Assembly: GCA_031360915.1 (NCBI GenBank)
Contig: JANMCE010000123.1
Span: forward strand, 3,168 to 67,167
DNA length: 64,000 nucleotides
Reading direction: 5' to 3'
Source: Actinomycetes bacterium
GTDB lineage: Bacteria; Actinomycetota; Acidimicrobiia; Acidimicrobiales; Ilumatobacteraceae
In this document: in pieces, positions 8,186 to 18,659 of the stretch
How positions within the stretch are numbered: position 1 is the stretch's first letter
Layout: the number at the start of each line of letters is the position of its first letter
Notes under the pieces: generated by a model
The model's input: the letters and a program-made list of their open reading frames with translations, nothing else
The model's database searches: none
Told to the model about the DNA's origin: nothing
Program-made: the position numbers and the translations under genes

Positions 8186-11100
8186 TCAGGTGGCGCGGCG
8201 GACCGAACGGGCGGCGAGGTGGTGGTCGGTACGGACGAGGGTGGCGATGTCGGTGTCGACAGTGACCAGCGGGTCTGTGGTGCTGTGGGTCACCGCGAGT
8301 AGCAGCCAACCGGGGTCGGGCCAGGCAGGGCCGGCCAGATCAACTCCAAAGGACACCACCTGAGGTGAGAGCGGCTCGAGGCTGCGGCGGGAGCGGCGGG
8401 CTGGTTGGGTTGGGTCGAGATAACTCCAGTCCGCGTTTAGCCAGGCTCCCGTCGGGGCGCCCGAGGTGATATCGGCCACCAGACTGGCGGTCCAGCTAGC
8501 AGGCAGCGCGGCCAAACCGGCCAACTGGTGATCGCTGGAGAACGGTGTCTTCAGCACCGTGACCCACGAGTCGGCCGCTGCTACCGGTCGCCAATGACGG
8601 GAATGTGCGGCGACAAAAACCAACATCGGGCCATCCCCGGCGACGCACGATGCGGCCTTGCCGGCTCGGGTATCGGGCTCGTCCTGCAAGAAGGCGGTGA
8701 GGTCGGTGAAGTCGGGCGGGTCATGATCGAAGGGCAGCCGGTTGCCGGCCAGTAGCACTTTCCAGATGGCCTCGGGGGTGGGATTCGCTCCCAACAGAAT
8801 GGCGAGATCCTTCAATTCTGCGGCCAATGCGGCTGCCGTCCCCGGACCCCAGGTGCCATCAACTCCCACGGCGCGACCGGCAGCTCGCAGGGCCGATTGC
8901 ACCAGCCAGATGTGGAACTGTGACAACTTCGGCCCGATGGGGATGCCCGGAAACGGTGGCGGATCAGCGGTCGAGCTACGCCAGACCCGTACGTCCGGCG
9001 AACCATCCAACGGCAACGCGCCCCCGGTGAACGGATGGACGGCACCCGAGTCCGGGATGGCGCGACGGGCCGAATCGAACTTATGGGTGCGCAGATAGAG
9101 CGTTGGTCCTTGCGTGACGTCATCGAGCGCTAACTCCCACACACCGCGCGCCGAGGTTGCCGCTCGCAACAGCCGGTTCCCGGGGTCGGTCGCAGTGTTG
9201 CTGTAAATGGTGAGATCGGTAACGGCAGCTTCGGGCAGCCCGTCGGCGTAGTGGGTCCATACCCACGTGGGGGGCTGGCCGACACCGAAATCGCCAACGC
9301 CTTTCCACACCCCAGTGCTGCTGCCGGCGTACACAACGTTGCGATGGTCGGGGTCGACCACAAGGGTATAGATCGGTCCCGACATCTGCAGGCCTGTCGA
9401 AATCCAGTCGCTGACGCCGTTGTACCACCAGACGTTCACGGCCGTCGGCCCGACCCCTACCTTGCCGTTGGATGGGAGCGTGCCGACGTACATCGACCCG
9501 GTGGCGGGTTGATGCGGCGCGAACGAGATGGCCTGCAGGTCGGTCGGGATCTGGGGCGCCGGCGTGTCAGTGAAGTCGATAAAGAAGAAGACGTCAGGTT
9601 GCGACCATTTCCCCGCCGTTCGCTTCAAGTGGTAGAGGTTCGCGAGACCCAGCACGTACAGCGAATCCTTGTCGGCCCACTTCACCATTCGGATCACATC
9701 GTCGAGATGATCCTGTTTTCGATTGGTGCCACCCGCGTAGGGGTCGGTGCCTGTTGGCAGAGTCACCCAGCCCGAGCGCGACCCCTTCTTCGCTTGGAGC
9801 CCGTCGTCGGTGTACCAGATCCGATCGGTGCCCACGGCGAGCTGCGTGGTCGACGCGGCGGCGTCGCCGATGATGCCCATCGAGCTGTAGAAGCCAGCCG
9901 CCTCCCTTTCCTTGGTTCGTACCCCGAGCGCCCATGTGAAGTCGGCCAGCGACAGGGAGAACGAGGGATTGGAGAACAGATCGAAATAGGTGAAGGTCTG
10001 CCCGGCATTCAACGAACGCCACCAACTCCCGTTGGTGTACTGGTGATACATGCGGCTTGGGGTTCGCGGGTCGATGGCCACACCACCGCCATCTCCGCCG
10101 TCGGCTTGCCGCCACGCCTCAGCGCTGAGGCGAAGCACCGTGCCGTTGTCCTGGGTGCCGGAAAGCACCACACCGTCGTGGGTGGCATGGTGGGCCAGGT
10201 AGGTCATTTCGGTGACGGCCAGGCCGCTGTTGACCGACCGGAAGGTGTGGCGATCCCCATCGTGACTGGAACGGAACACACCCCCGTCGCATCCAACCCA
10301 CAGCACCGTTGGCAGGCCGGGCAGGAAACCAGGGACCCACGCCAGCACCTGCACGTCGGGATGCACACCGAGGCCGACCCACCCGGGTCGATTTGGTGGC
10401 CCCGCCTGCGTAGTGCCGATGAACCGGTACGTGGCGCCGTCCTTGCGCACCCGGCCGGTGTACAGCGCGGCGTTGTCGGCGCCGGTTGGATCCTCGAGGC
10501 CCTGACCACCAACCGCAACGGTGTCATCCGTATCGGGACCGAGCGTCGGGCTGGCCGCGATAGCCATGTCATAGGACGCCTGCTTGCCAAAGATGTCCTT
10601 GTCGACGCCACGAACGACGTCGGCGTGGGTGCCCTCGATCCGCCAGAGTCGGGGCCCTTCGGCCACCGCGTAGAGAACCGGGTTGGCGATGCCCTTGCGG
10701 GCCGCCGCCAGAGTCATGCGACCGATACCGATCTTGGGTTCGATGCCCTTGGCTGACTTAGGGAGTGTGATGTTCTGCCAGGAGCCGGCATCGCCCGTGA
10801 GGCTGAACCGTAGGATCCCGCTGCGCTCCGAGGCGTACAGGATCTGGGTACCGACTCCAGTTGAAACCACCAGCACGTCGGCGAGACCCACGTTGGTGGC
10901 CGGCTTCTTCGCCCCTGTTGGAAGGGTATCGACCCGATGCCAGGTGGGCGTCGGCGTGGGGTCGCGGCGGTACAGGTCCTCGCCGGTGGCCGCCCATACC
11001 CGCCCGTCAACCACGGTATCGACGGCCAATCGAGCGACGAAGGTGCCCTCAACCCCCGGTCCGGTCTCAAGCGTCCAGGGGTCGGCATCGGGGCCGCCGT

Positions 11101-11638
11101 TACGCACCTGGTCGACTGGACCGACGGCTCGCCGGATACCGATGCCGCTCATACTGACCTCACCGAAGCCACTGCGGCGCCCCGGCTGCTCACCGGTGGC
11201 CGCGTACACGATATCTTTGGATGCATCGCCGGACGGGTCAAACTGCACCGCGAGGGCACCAATGGCCAGCGCGTCAGCCTCGCGGAGGGTGCCACTGAGA
11301 TCGGGGGTGGAGGCATAGGTATCGAGGCACAGCCAGGTGGCGCCGCCGTCATCGGTGTACCAAACCCCGCCCAGCGCGGCGCCGATGTAGGCCCGCTGCC
11401 CGTCGTCGGAGGCTGCGATAGCCCGCACCCGACCCGAAACGGTGGGCTGCCCGAACCCGGTGCCGCGCACCACGCCGACCGGTCCGAGGGGCACCCATTG
11501 ATCGGCGGCGGCATCGTTGCCGTCTGGCTGATTGTTGCGCACGACCGTGCCCGACGCCTCGACCTTCACCCGGCGGGGCCGACCGGGGGGCGCCTCACTT
11601 TCGCTGGAGAAGCGACCGGAAATCCAGGCGTTCGTCAT
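8186..11638 (-). CDS. Giant-operon gene 6: BNR/Asp-box beta-propeller protein with a C-terminal peptidoglycan-binding-like module (1150 aa)
   Basis: ATG 11638 overlaps the TGA of gene 5 (ATGA); the track ORF start at 11788 adds an Arg-rich overlap. Asp-box-like YTDDGGATW, FRSSHDGDRHTF and WRSLNAGQTF, plus GTQDNG and GGDGGGVAIDP. FHIWLVQSALRAAGRAVGVDGTWGPGTAAALA resembles PG_binding_1. Confidence 0.8.
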   Translation of the reverse strand: MTNAWISGRFSSESEAPPGRPRRVKVEASGTVVRNNQPDGNDAAADQWVPLGPVGVVRGTGFGQPTVSGRVRAIAASDDGQRAYIGAALGGVWYTDDGGATWLCLDTYASTPDLSGTLREADALAIGALAVQFDPSGDASKDIVYAATGEQPGRRSGFGEVSMSGIGIRRAVGPVDQVRNGGPDADPWTLETGPGVEGTFVARLAVDTVVDGRVWAATGEDLYRRDPTPTPTWHRVDTLPTGAKKPATNVGLADVLVVSTGVGTQILYASERSGILRFSLTGDAGSWQNITLPKSAKGIEPKIGIGRMTLAAARKGIANPVLYAVAEGPRLWRIEGTHADVVRGVDKDIFGKQASYDMAIAASPTLGPDTDDTVAVGGQGLEDPTGADNAALYTGRVRKDGATYRFIGTTQAGPPNRPGWVGLGVHPDVQVLAWVPGFLPGLPTVLWVGCDGGVFRSSHDGDRHTFRSVNSGLAVTEMTYLAHHATHDGVVLSGTQDNGTVLRLSAEAWRQADGGDGGGVAIDPRTPSRMYHQYTNGSWWRSLNAGQTFTYFDLFSNPSFSLSLADFTWALGVRTKEREAAGFYSSMGIIGDAAASTTQLAVGTDRIWYTDDGLQAKKGSRSGWVTLPTGTDPYAGGTNRKQDHLDDVIRMVKWADKDSLYVLGLANLYHLKRTAGKWSQPDVFFFIDFTDTPAPQIPTDLQAISFAPHQPATGSMYVGTLPSNGKVGVGPTAVNVWWYNGVSDWISTGLQMSGPIYTLVVDPDHRNVVYAGSSTGVWKGVGDFGVGQPPTWVWTHYADGLPEAAVTDLTIYSNTATDPGNRLLRAATSARGVWELALDDVTQGPTLYLRTHKFDSARRAIPDSGAVHPFTGGALPLDGSPDVRVWRSSTADPPPFPGIPIGPKLSQFHIWLVQSALRAAGRAVGVDGTWGPGTAAALAAELKDLAILLGANPTPEAIWKVLLAGNRLPFDHDPPDFTDLTAFLQDEPDTRAGKAASCVAGDGPMLVFVAAHSRHWRPVAAADSWVTVLKTPFSSDHQLAGLAALPASWTASLVADITSGAPTGAWLNADWSYLDPTQPARRSRRSLEPLSPQVVSFGVDLAGPAWPDPGWLLLAVTHSTTDPLVTVDTDIATLVRTDHHLAARSVRRAT

Positions 11639-14600
11639 GCCCCACCGCCCGAACCGCCAGCGCCCGACCCGCCCGGGCCGCCGGTGTCGTCGACCGGCAG
11701 CACCCGAATCCAGCCCTCCTGCAGGTTGTGGGGTTGCTCGGGCAACAGCGCGGTCTGGCTCGAGGCCAAGATGGCGTCGTCTTTCCACGTGAGCGGTGTG
11801 TCGCGCCGGGTGAAGACCTGCTTGTCACCTAACCCGGTCACCCGTGGCATGCGGATGCCCGTCGGGTCGACCAGCACCGGACCCACCCGGAACGAGGGGG
11901 ACAGTTTGGTGAGCGTGTCGTGGAACCAGTCCCGGGCCAGGGCCAGCGACTTGCGAGGCAGCACCCCGCTGGTGGCGTGCACCTTGCCACCCGGTGCCAT
12001 CAGCAGAGTGAGGCGCACCGTCTGCTCGGGACGAACCGCCACCGAGGATTCGGCCGCGATGTATGGATGGGTAATGGCCCGGGCGTCCGGGGGCAGTTGC
12101 GAGCCGCGTCCGAACACCGAGAGTTGGCCCTGCATCCGCCCGCTGCGACGGGCCAGACTGCGAATCTCGGGAGCGACGGCCTGCACCCGGGAGTAGTCGT
12201 CGTCGACGGCGTAGGCCAATAAGCCGTCGTCGGTGCGGGTGAGTTCGCCCAGCCGGACCGCGATGGCCTTGGAACGTAGGTCCCGGTAGGCGGCGGCTCG
12301 GGCGTCGCGATCCGCCTGGGAGGGATAAGACAGCTCGTCAAGGTCGTCCAGCACATCGAGGCGCAGGGTGGCGCGCACCACCGCGATGGGTCGACCGACC
12401 AGACCGGCCACCGCACCCGAGCCGATCGAACCAAGGGGGTCGGTGGTCCACAGTGTCGTGTCGATGGCTCGCAACAACGCGCTCAGCGCACTGTCGGGCT
12501 GGGTGTCGGCGTCGGGGCCGTTGCGCACCGTGGCGTCCGTCGAGATGAGGCCGACCGCTAGGCGGGTGAGGTGGCGGGCCCCCGGATCGGGGCCGGGGTC
12601 GGGTGGCCCGCCGATGGGACCAGTACGGCCAGGTGCCCCCTCCCACATCACCGTGCCGGTGATGGGGTCATGCATGAGTTGGCCGAGCGAGAACCCCGAC
12701 GCATCGAAGAATTCGAGTGCCTCATCGACATGATCGGGCAGCAGCCAGCCGGCCACCGGGCTGATAGCCAGGTCCGGATGTTGCTGGTCGATACGGGCAT
12801 CGACTTCGACGGTGCCGTCGGCCGGGCGAGGGTCGACGAAGCGGAAGTTCAGGCGGGCCGGACGCTGCCACCGAGGGGCCAGCGTGAGGGTCGGCGCACC
12901 GTCGGGATGATCGATCGTGTCGGCCATCTCGGCCCGAGCCAATACCGCGTCGGGCACGTCGAGGAAGCGCCCGAACGCATCCACGATACGCAGCCGCTTC
13001 ACGGTGGCTTTCCCGCCGGCCAGCAGCAACGGCAGACCCAACGCCCGCGGTTTGGCGTCACCGTTGCCGTCGCTGTCCTGCAGGGTGCCATCGGTCTTGA
13101 TGCGCAGGCGGGTGGCATCGTGCGGATCTAGGCCCAACAGCACTTCGCGCACCCCGCGCAACGACGCGGCCACCACGTCGGTACCCGGGGCTGCGGCGAC
13201 GGCAGCGGCCAATTCGCCCTCGCGGCGGTCGCTGACCTGGCCCACCTTGGCCACGTCGCGTTGGCGTTCCTCCTCCAGCCACTTTGTGATTTCGGCGGCC
13301 AACGCCGGCGCAGCCGAGCCGGTCAAAAGCGACCGGCCGACCACAGCCACGGACCTGCTGCCGGTGGCCGTCAGGCCGTCTTTGGGCGCGGTGTCGATCT
13401 GGCCAAGATCCCAGCCATCGAGGCGGTCATCGACGGCCAGATCGAGTTCCCAGTCGCACCACAACGGAACCCAGGCCTGAGCCCACCTTGTCCAACCGAC
13501 CGGCGACATGTCCTCCCCCTGACCGACCGACGCGGGTCGAAGCGCGTCCCGCACGTGGTGGTCGAGCACGGGTTCGATCTCCCGGCCCGTCGGATGAAAG
13601 GCGTAGCGCAAGGTCATCTCGGCCCGCACCCGATTGCCGACGGCCTGCAACGGCAACCGCTGACCCTCGGCCGACCAGATCGAAATTTCCTGCCAGCGGT
13701 ACGGATCGAACAACACCGCCTCCTGCAGCAGCAGATCCATTTCCGGCGGGATTGACCCGGAGCCGAACGACCGCAGCCCAGGAGGCACATGCCGGCTAGC
13801 CACCACGCCTTCCAGACCTCGGGCGATGCCACTGGGCAACCGGCAGCCGAGGAGCTGCCCCGGGTCATGGTTGCGGTCGCCGCCGTGGCGCAACGAACGG
13901 TGCGCGTGTCGCACCAGCACCGTCAGGTCGGCCGGGACGAAGTAGCGCGGCTGGCTGGCCGGAACGTCACGAAACGATCGGGGAGGGCGCGGCGCCTTCA
14001 CCTGACCATAACGCTGGGAAAGATCGGCAGCCTGCACCGCTGCGTAGTCCCGGGACACCAATTCCACTCGATGCTTGAGACGAGCCGCGCCCAACTGCGA
14101 CCCCGTGGACGGCGCAATGGGTGAGGCTGTGGGGGCCGGTCGGTCGGTGTCGGTCGGCGTCATGATGTCGCCTTGGGCGATGCGGTCGGGCGTGGCTTTC
14201 ACCCCGGCCGAGGTGCCCACGAAGGTGGACCCGTGACGGTATTCGTCGATGGCGACCAAGCCGCCGGCCGCGTCGATGGTGGGTAGGAGACCACCAGCGA
14301 ACGCGGCCAGGACTTGCTCAGACGATCGGCGCTGTTCATTGGTGCCGTCGGCCAACATGGCGGCCAGCGCCGCCGACGGGGTGGGCCCGACGGCGATTTC
14401 GACATCATCGACGTTGGGTGCCAAGTCACGTTCCACCTTCAACCGCACCCCGAATACCGCGCCGTGTACCACCGTCTGGCGAGGGGCGTTCGGCTTGTCG
14501 TGGACGAACAGCGTCGCGTCATCCTGGAGGAATCGGGACGACGCCATCATCACCGACGCAGCGGGATCGGCGGTGACCGGGTCAGCCGTGAGCCGGTCGA

Positions 14601-15543
14601 CCGAAGCCGCACGGGCCGCATATCCCGCGCCCAACGGGGCGGCCGACTTCAGTCGCAGGGCACCCCGGCGGGCGGCACCACTACCCCGCTGGTCGGCATC
14701 ATCGGTGACGCCTTCGGGCACCGGAGCCAACCAACCCAGCCATTGGGTGCGGTCCTTGTACCGACCGAGCGAGGTGACGTCATGCAGCGGATCGATGGCC
14801 GGATCCGACCACCATCCCGCCACCAGGTACGACACCCGAAGCGAGTCGAGCGTTGTCGGGTCGAGATCGGCCAGGTCATCGTGGAACGCGAATCGGTCGA
14901 TGACTGCGTCGTAGGTGGCCGCCCAGGCCACGTCGCCGCCCGCCACCGCCGTCAAGGTTTCTCGGCTGATGTAGCGCCTGCCACTCGCTCCCGTTCGGGT
15001 GGTGCCGGGCGCCGGCGCCGGCAGCGGACCAGGCTCGCGCCAGCCGAGCAGGTCCTGGTGATCACCACGGTCGGCTTCCAACACCCACGAACGCACCACC
15101 TGGCTGCCGTGCACCAACCGGCCTACCACCCAGCGATCCGGCAGCGGGGGCAATCCGAGCGGGTTCCCGGCCGGGTGGGCCGTGTCGCGGGTCTTGCCGG
15201 CATCGCCCCGGGTGAGGCCATCGGGCATTGCCCAGTGCAGGTGGATGCCGGCGGCGCGACCGGTGGGGGCTCCGAAGGGTTCAGGCGGTATCGGCATCAC
15301 CTCGGCCCTCTCGGTACCGGGCACGGTGATCGGCACAACCGTTTCGGTCGGCACGATCGCCACGGTGTCGCCCGGCCCGACGACCAAGGCCTGTACGTCC
15401 ATGGGCACGACCAGGCGGGTGTCTCGGGGCAGGTGGCTGTCCCAGGTGCCGATCGCCGAGATCGAGAGATCGGTTCGTACCAGCGCGGCGTAGCGGGGTG
15501 AGGCCACCACTTTCTTGAGCAGTTCGGGGTCGACACCAGCCAT
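11635..15543 (-). CDS. Giant-operon gene 5: hypothetical 1302-aa protein
   Basis: The ATG lies 3 nt after the gene 4 stop, with AGGAGG (15551-15556) inside the last codons of gene 4. The frame is uninterrupted and ends in a Gly-rich tail (GGPGGSGAGGSGGGA). No recognised catalytic or NTPase motif. Confidence 0.8.
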   Translation of the reverse strand: MAGVDPELLKKVVASPRYAALVRTDLSISAIGTWDSHLPRDTRLVVPMDVQALVVGPGDTVAIVPTETVVPITVPGTERAEVMPIPPEPFGAPTGRAAGIHLHWAMPDGLTRGDAGKTRDTAHPAGNPLGLPPLPDRWVVGRLVHGSQVVRSWVLEADRGDHQDLLGWREPGPLPAPAPGTTRTGASGRRYISRETLTAVAGGDVAWAATYDAVIDRFAFHDDLADLDPTTLDSLRVSYLVAGWWSDPAIDPLHDVTSLGRYKDRTQWLGWLAPVPEGVTDDADQRGSGAARRGALRLKSAAPLGAGYAARAASVDRLTADPVTADPAASVMMASSRFLQDDATLFVHDKPNAPRQTVVHGAVFGVRLKVERDLAPNVDDVEIAVGPTPSAALAAMLADGTNEQRRSSEQVLAAFAGGLLPTIDAAGGLVAIDEYRHGSTFVGTSAGVKATPDRIAQGDIMTPTDTDRPAPTASPIAPSTGSQLGAARLKHRVELVSRDYAAVQAADLSQRYGQVKAPRPPRSFRDVPASQPRYFVPADLTVLVRHAHRSLRHGGDRNHDPGQLLGCRLPSGIARGLEGVVASRHVPPGLRSFGSGSIPPEMDLLLQEAVLFDPYRWQEISIWSAEGQRLPLQAVGNRVRAEMTLRYAFHPTGREIEPVLDHHVRDALRPASVGQGEDMSPVGWTRWAQAWVPLWCDWELDLAVDDRLDGWDLGQIDTAPKDGLTATGSRSVAVVGRSLLTGSAAPALAAEITKWLEEERQRDVAKVGQVSDRREGELAAAVAAAPGTDVVAASLRGVREVLLGLDPHDATRLRIKTDGTLQDSDGNGDAKPRALGLPLLLAGGKATVKRLRIVDAFGRFLDVPDAVLARAEMADTIDHPDGAPTLTLAPRWQRPARLNFRFVDPRPADGTVEVDARIDQQHPDLAISPVAGWLLPDHVDEALEFFDASGFSLGQLMHDPITGTVMWEGAPGRTGPIGGPPDPGPDPGARHLTRLAVGLISTDATVRNGPDADTQPDSALSALLRAIDTTLWTTDPLGSIGSGAVAGLVGRPIAVVRATLRLDVLDDLDELSYPSQADRDARAAAYRDLRSKAIAVRLGELTRTDDGLLAYAVDDDYSRVQAVAPEIRSLARRSGRMQGQLSVFGRGSQLPPDARAITHPYIAAESSVAVRPEQTVRLTLLMAPGGKVHATSGVLPRKSLALARDWFHDTLTKLSPSFRVGPVLVDPTGIRMPRVTGLGDKQVFTRRDTPLTWKDDAILASSQTALLPEQPHNLQEGWIRVLPVDDTGGPGGSGAGGSGGGA

Positions 15544-15546
15544 TGG

Positions 15547-16581
15547 TCAGCCTCCTTGGTTCCACTGCCGCAACACCGAGATTCCCACGGTGGGTTTGAA
15601 CATTTGGGCGAACGTCAACACCTGACCACCCGAAACGGTTCCCTTGTCGGGGTCGCCGAAGACCTGACGGAACGGGAATTGCAGCATCTCGAGGGCGAAT
15701 TCGGCGCTCTGCACTCCGGCGCCCTCAAAGTCGTTGACGTGGGTCGCGGTTTGCTGGGTGATGCGGCGAGCCAATTCGGTGATGTGAACCACACCGGGGG
15801 CCGAACGCCGGAACGGCACCTTCTTGGCCAGATCACCCGGCGGGCGCGGCTGTTGTTTGTCGAGGCGAACGGCTGTGAGCACGTTACGCAACGGGATGGT
15901 GGCGCCGGTGGTACCCGTGGCGTTCTCGGGCAGATCGACCCCGAATTGAATGCCCGATCGAGGTTCCTCGATATGCACCACTTCGGGGACACCATCGAAC
16001 AGACAGAGCAGCACGGCCGGCGCAAGTCGTTCCAGACGCAACAATCGGATGCGATGCGGGTCGTCCTCGTTCACCAAGGCGTCATCCGCACCGACTTCGG
16101 CCGAGTAGGCCCGCACATGCAGATTCGGCCATCCCGACACGGCGCGGGAGCGAAGAATGAACCCCGTGATGGCGTGGGCTTCAGCCACCTCGGGACCGTT
16201 CTCGCCACCCACCACGCGCACTTGGCGCTCGGCCGAATCGACCTCATTGCGGATGATGGTATGCAGGCTCTGCACCTGCTCGCGATCAAGGGTAGTGATG
16301 GTGCCGACCGACAACGCACCCTGCACCATGGCGTCGGTCCAGTCCCGATCGACGTAGAAGAACCGGATGGATTCAGGCGGCAAAAGTTCACTGTCGGGCA
16401 CCAGATGCGCGAACGGGACACCCTCGAGCAGGCGGACGCGGGCCAACCAGGTGCGCACCAAATCGGGCAGCGCACCCCCGACCGGTTCGGCCCCCACCAC
16501 GCCCACCCGATGATCAACGGCTTGGGCCGCGGCGGTGAAGACCAGCGGGTTGGTGACGAAGTGGGCGTACGTGCTGGCCAT
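15547..16581 (-). CDS. Giant-operon gene 4: hypothetical 344-aa protein
   Basis: ATG 16581 shares one nt with the gene 3 TGA (TGATG). Strong coding bias and no recognised motif. Confidence 0.8.
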   Translation of the reverse strand: MASTYAHFVTNPLVFTAAAQAVDHRVGVVGAEPVGGALPDLVRTWLARVRLLEGVPFAHLVPDSELLPPESIRFFYVDRDWTDAMVQGALSVGTITTLDREQVQSLHTIIRNEVDSAERQVRVVGGENGPEVAEAHAITGFILRSRAVSGWPNLHVRAYSAEVGADDALVNEDDPHRIRLLRLERLAPAVLLCLFDGVPEVVHIEEPRSGIQFGVDLPENATGTTGATIPLRNVLTAVRLDKQQPRPPGDLAKKVPFRRSAPGVVHITELARRITQQTATHVNDFEGAGVQSAEFALEMLQFPFRQVFGDPDKGTVSGGQVLTFAQMFKPTVGISVLRQWNQGG

Positions 16582-18659
16582 CAGTTCCCCTCCCGCAACA
16601 AGATGTCGAGCGCATCAGGCTCAACGGTTCCACCCGGGTCCTGCGGCAGCACCGAGCCGGGCGGGGCCGGGTCGGGCAGCACCGAGCCGGGCAGCAGGCC
16701 GGGGGGTCGGCCGATACCGCGACTGAAGGCCGCCCGGGCCACATCGGTGGCGGCCTCGAGCACCGCCTGGCGCAGGGGCCCCAGCAGATCCTGCGCCTTT
16801 TCCGCCAGATCACGGAACTGGTCGTCATTGCGTGCGACCGGCACCTCGACCGAGCCGAGTCGACGCTGCGCCTCGGGGAAGATCAGGTCCTTCACCATCT
16901 CGGGGCGCAGACCGAAGCCAGTCGCCAGCAGTTCGATCGGATCGTTGTCATCGATCCCTTCGATCGGCACGCCGGGTTCGATCAACGGCCGTGTCCGACC
17001 GAGCCGAGCGGCGCCATTAGACCCGAGGTTGGCGATGACGTCGTGGCTCACCCGGGCTGCGAAGCCACGGGTTACGTCGTCGAACCCGAGGTGATTGAGC
17101 CCGGCGTGGCCCGCGGCCATGGTGGCCCGGTGAGACTCGTCGAACCCGTCCTTGCGCCAGGTCAAGAGGGCGGCGACCACGCTCGGCTCGGCCAGCGCCA
17201 GCAGTCGACCGATCTCGAACCCGGTGGCAGCGCCGAGGTTTTCCCGACCGTCGGGGCCAACTCGGCGAAGCTGGTCACTGGTGTGGGCCAAGGGCAGCGG
17301 CTTGCCCGCCTCAGGTTCCTGACGCACTGTCGGGCGCGGTACCAATGGACCGCGATACCAGACGGTGGTCGGTTCTCCTTCCCGGGTGACGTGGTCAAGC
17401 GATATGTGGCCGGTGTCGAGCACCTCGGGCGGCTTTCGAGTGGCGGGGGGCGGTGCCTTCTCCCCCGGCTTGGTAGGGGCAATATCGGGCAGGGTCCCGA
17501 TCATGCCGACGTCGAGACCCTGCATCAGGGACTGGAAGTCGCCCGCTCCGACACAGGTGAACTCCCAGTGAGCCAGCACGGGAAAGGTGTACTTGGCGAT
17601 GAGCGGCGCAATGATCGACAGGTCGATGTTGTGCATCGCACCGACCAGATGGGCGGTGTAGGTCGCGGTGGCCGTGGTACCCGAACTTGGATTAACCGGT
17701 TGGGTATGCGGGTTCGACCAGGCATCTACCGAGGTGAACGCCCGGACCGCGGTGACCCCTCGCTCGACCACCGCGGCCTCGACCACTGAGGCCACGCCGG
17801 GCATAGCATCGCTAGCGCTGATGCCAAGCCAGGCGGGTACGTCCGACTGGTAGGCCACGTCGGGATAGTGACCGGCGTACGAGAGCTGGTCGATGTGGGC
17901 GATCACGTCCGGGTACACGTAGATCTTGTCGAACTGATCATCGAACAACGCCTCGTGCGTGCGCAGCTTGTCGTACTGGCCTTCCACCGAGATCAGGCAG
18001 GCCCGATACCGCACGCCCGGCTGCGGCAGACGGTTGCCGATGACCACCGCCATCCACCCGTCGTCGTCACCGAGGGCCAACTCGGTATCGGCCAGGTCGA
18101 CCTCGCGTACATGGGCGAGCAGCGGGAGTTCCGCCTGCGACGGGAAGACCTCATCCACCACGTCCTGGGTGACGATGATGCGATCGCCCCGATCGACGTC
18201 GTTACGGCCCTCAAGCACCACCCCCGGCGTCACACATTCGGCCACCGGTTTGCCCGACTCAAAGGTGCACTCGCCGTCGGCCAGCAGCACCAGTGCCATC
18301 CACGGCACTAAGCGCTGCGCGCTGTTCGGGTCCATCGACACCGCCTTGCCGTCGAGTTCTCGTTCCCACGGCAAGGTGCGCCGCTTCAAGACGATCTGGG
18401 GGAGGCGGGAACTGAACGCGCCCTGCGACGCGTTCGGCGGGAAGGTGGAAAGCACCTGGTCGGGGGGCAACAGAAACCGCGGGGCGGTCACTTCGATGTG
18501 ATAGTCGAGTGGGTCGATGTCGACGTCGAGCGCACCTCCCGGGTTCACGGTTTGGGTGTCGCTGTGGATGTGTTGGCGCACCTCGACCACGTACGGCCCG
18601 GCGGGCACATCGGGGATGGCGTTGCTGTGCAGTACGAACTTGCCCGGAGTGATGGTCAC
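16581..18659 (-). CDS. Giant-operon gene 3: hypothetical ~692-aa protein
   Basis: GTG 18659 overlaps the gene 2 TGA (GTGA); the track ORF start at 18713 would overlap gene 2 by 58 nt. The C-terminal PGSVLP duplication is encoded by an 18-nt direct repeat near 16636-16700. Confidence 0.8.
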   Translation of the reverse strand: MTITPGKFVLHSNAIPDVPAGPYVVEVRQHIHSDTQTVNPGGALDVDIDPLDYHIEVTAPRFLLPPDQVLSTFPPNASQGAFSSRLPQIVLKRRTLPWERELDGKAVSMDPNSAQRLVPWMALVLLADGECTFESGKPVAECVTPGVVLEGRNDVDRGDRIIVTQDVVDEVFPSQAELPLLAHVREVDLADTELALGDDDGWMAVVIGNRLPQPGVRYRACLISVEGQYDKLRTHEALFDDQFDKIYVYPDVIAHIDQLSYAGHYPDVAYQSDVPAWLGISASDAMPGVASVVEAAVVERGVTAVRAFTSVDAWSNPHTQPVNPSSGTTATATYTAHLVGAMHNIDLSIIAPLIAKYTFPVLAHWEFTCVGAGDFQSLMQGLDVGMIGTLPDIAPTKPGEKAPPPATRKPPEVLDTGHISLDHVTREGEPTTVWYRGPLVPRPTVRQEPEAGKPLPLAHTSDQLRRVGPDGRENLGAATGFEIGRLLALAEPSVVAALLTWRKDGFDESHRATMAAGHAGLNHLGFDDVTRGFAARVSHDVIANLGSNGAARLGRTRPLIEPGVPIEGIDDNDPIELLATGFGLRPEMVKDLIFPEAQRRLGSVEVPVARNDDQFRDLAEKAQDLLGPLRQAVLEAATDVARAAFSRGIGRPPGLLPGSVLPDPAPPGSVLPQDPGGTVEPDALDILLREGN

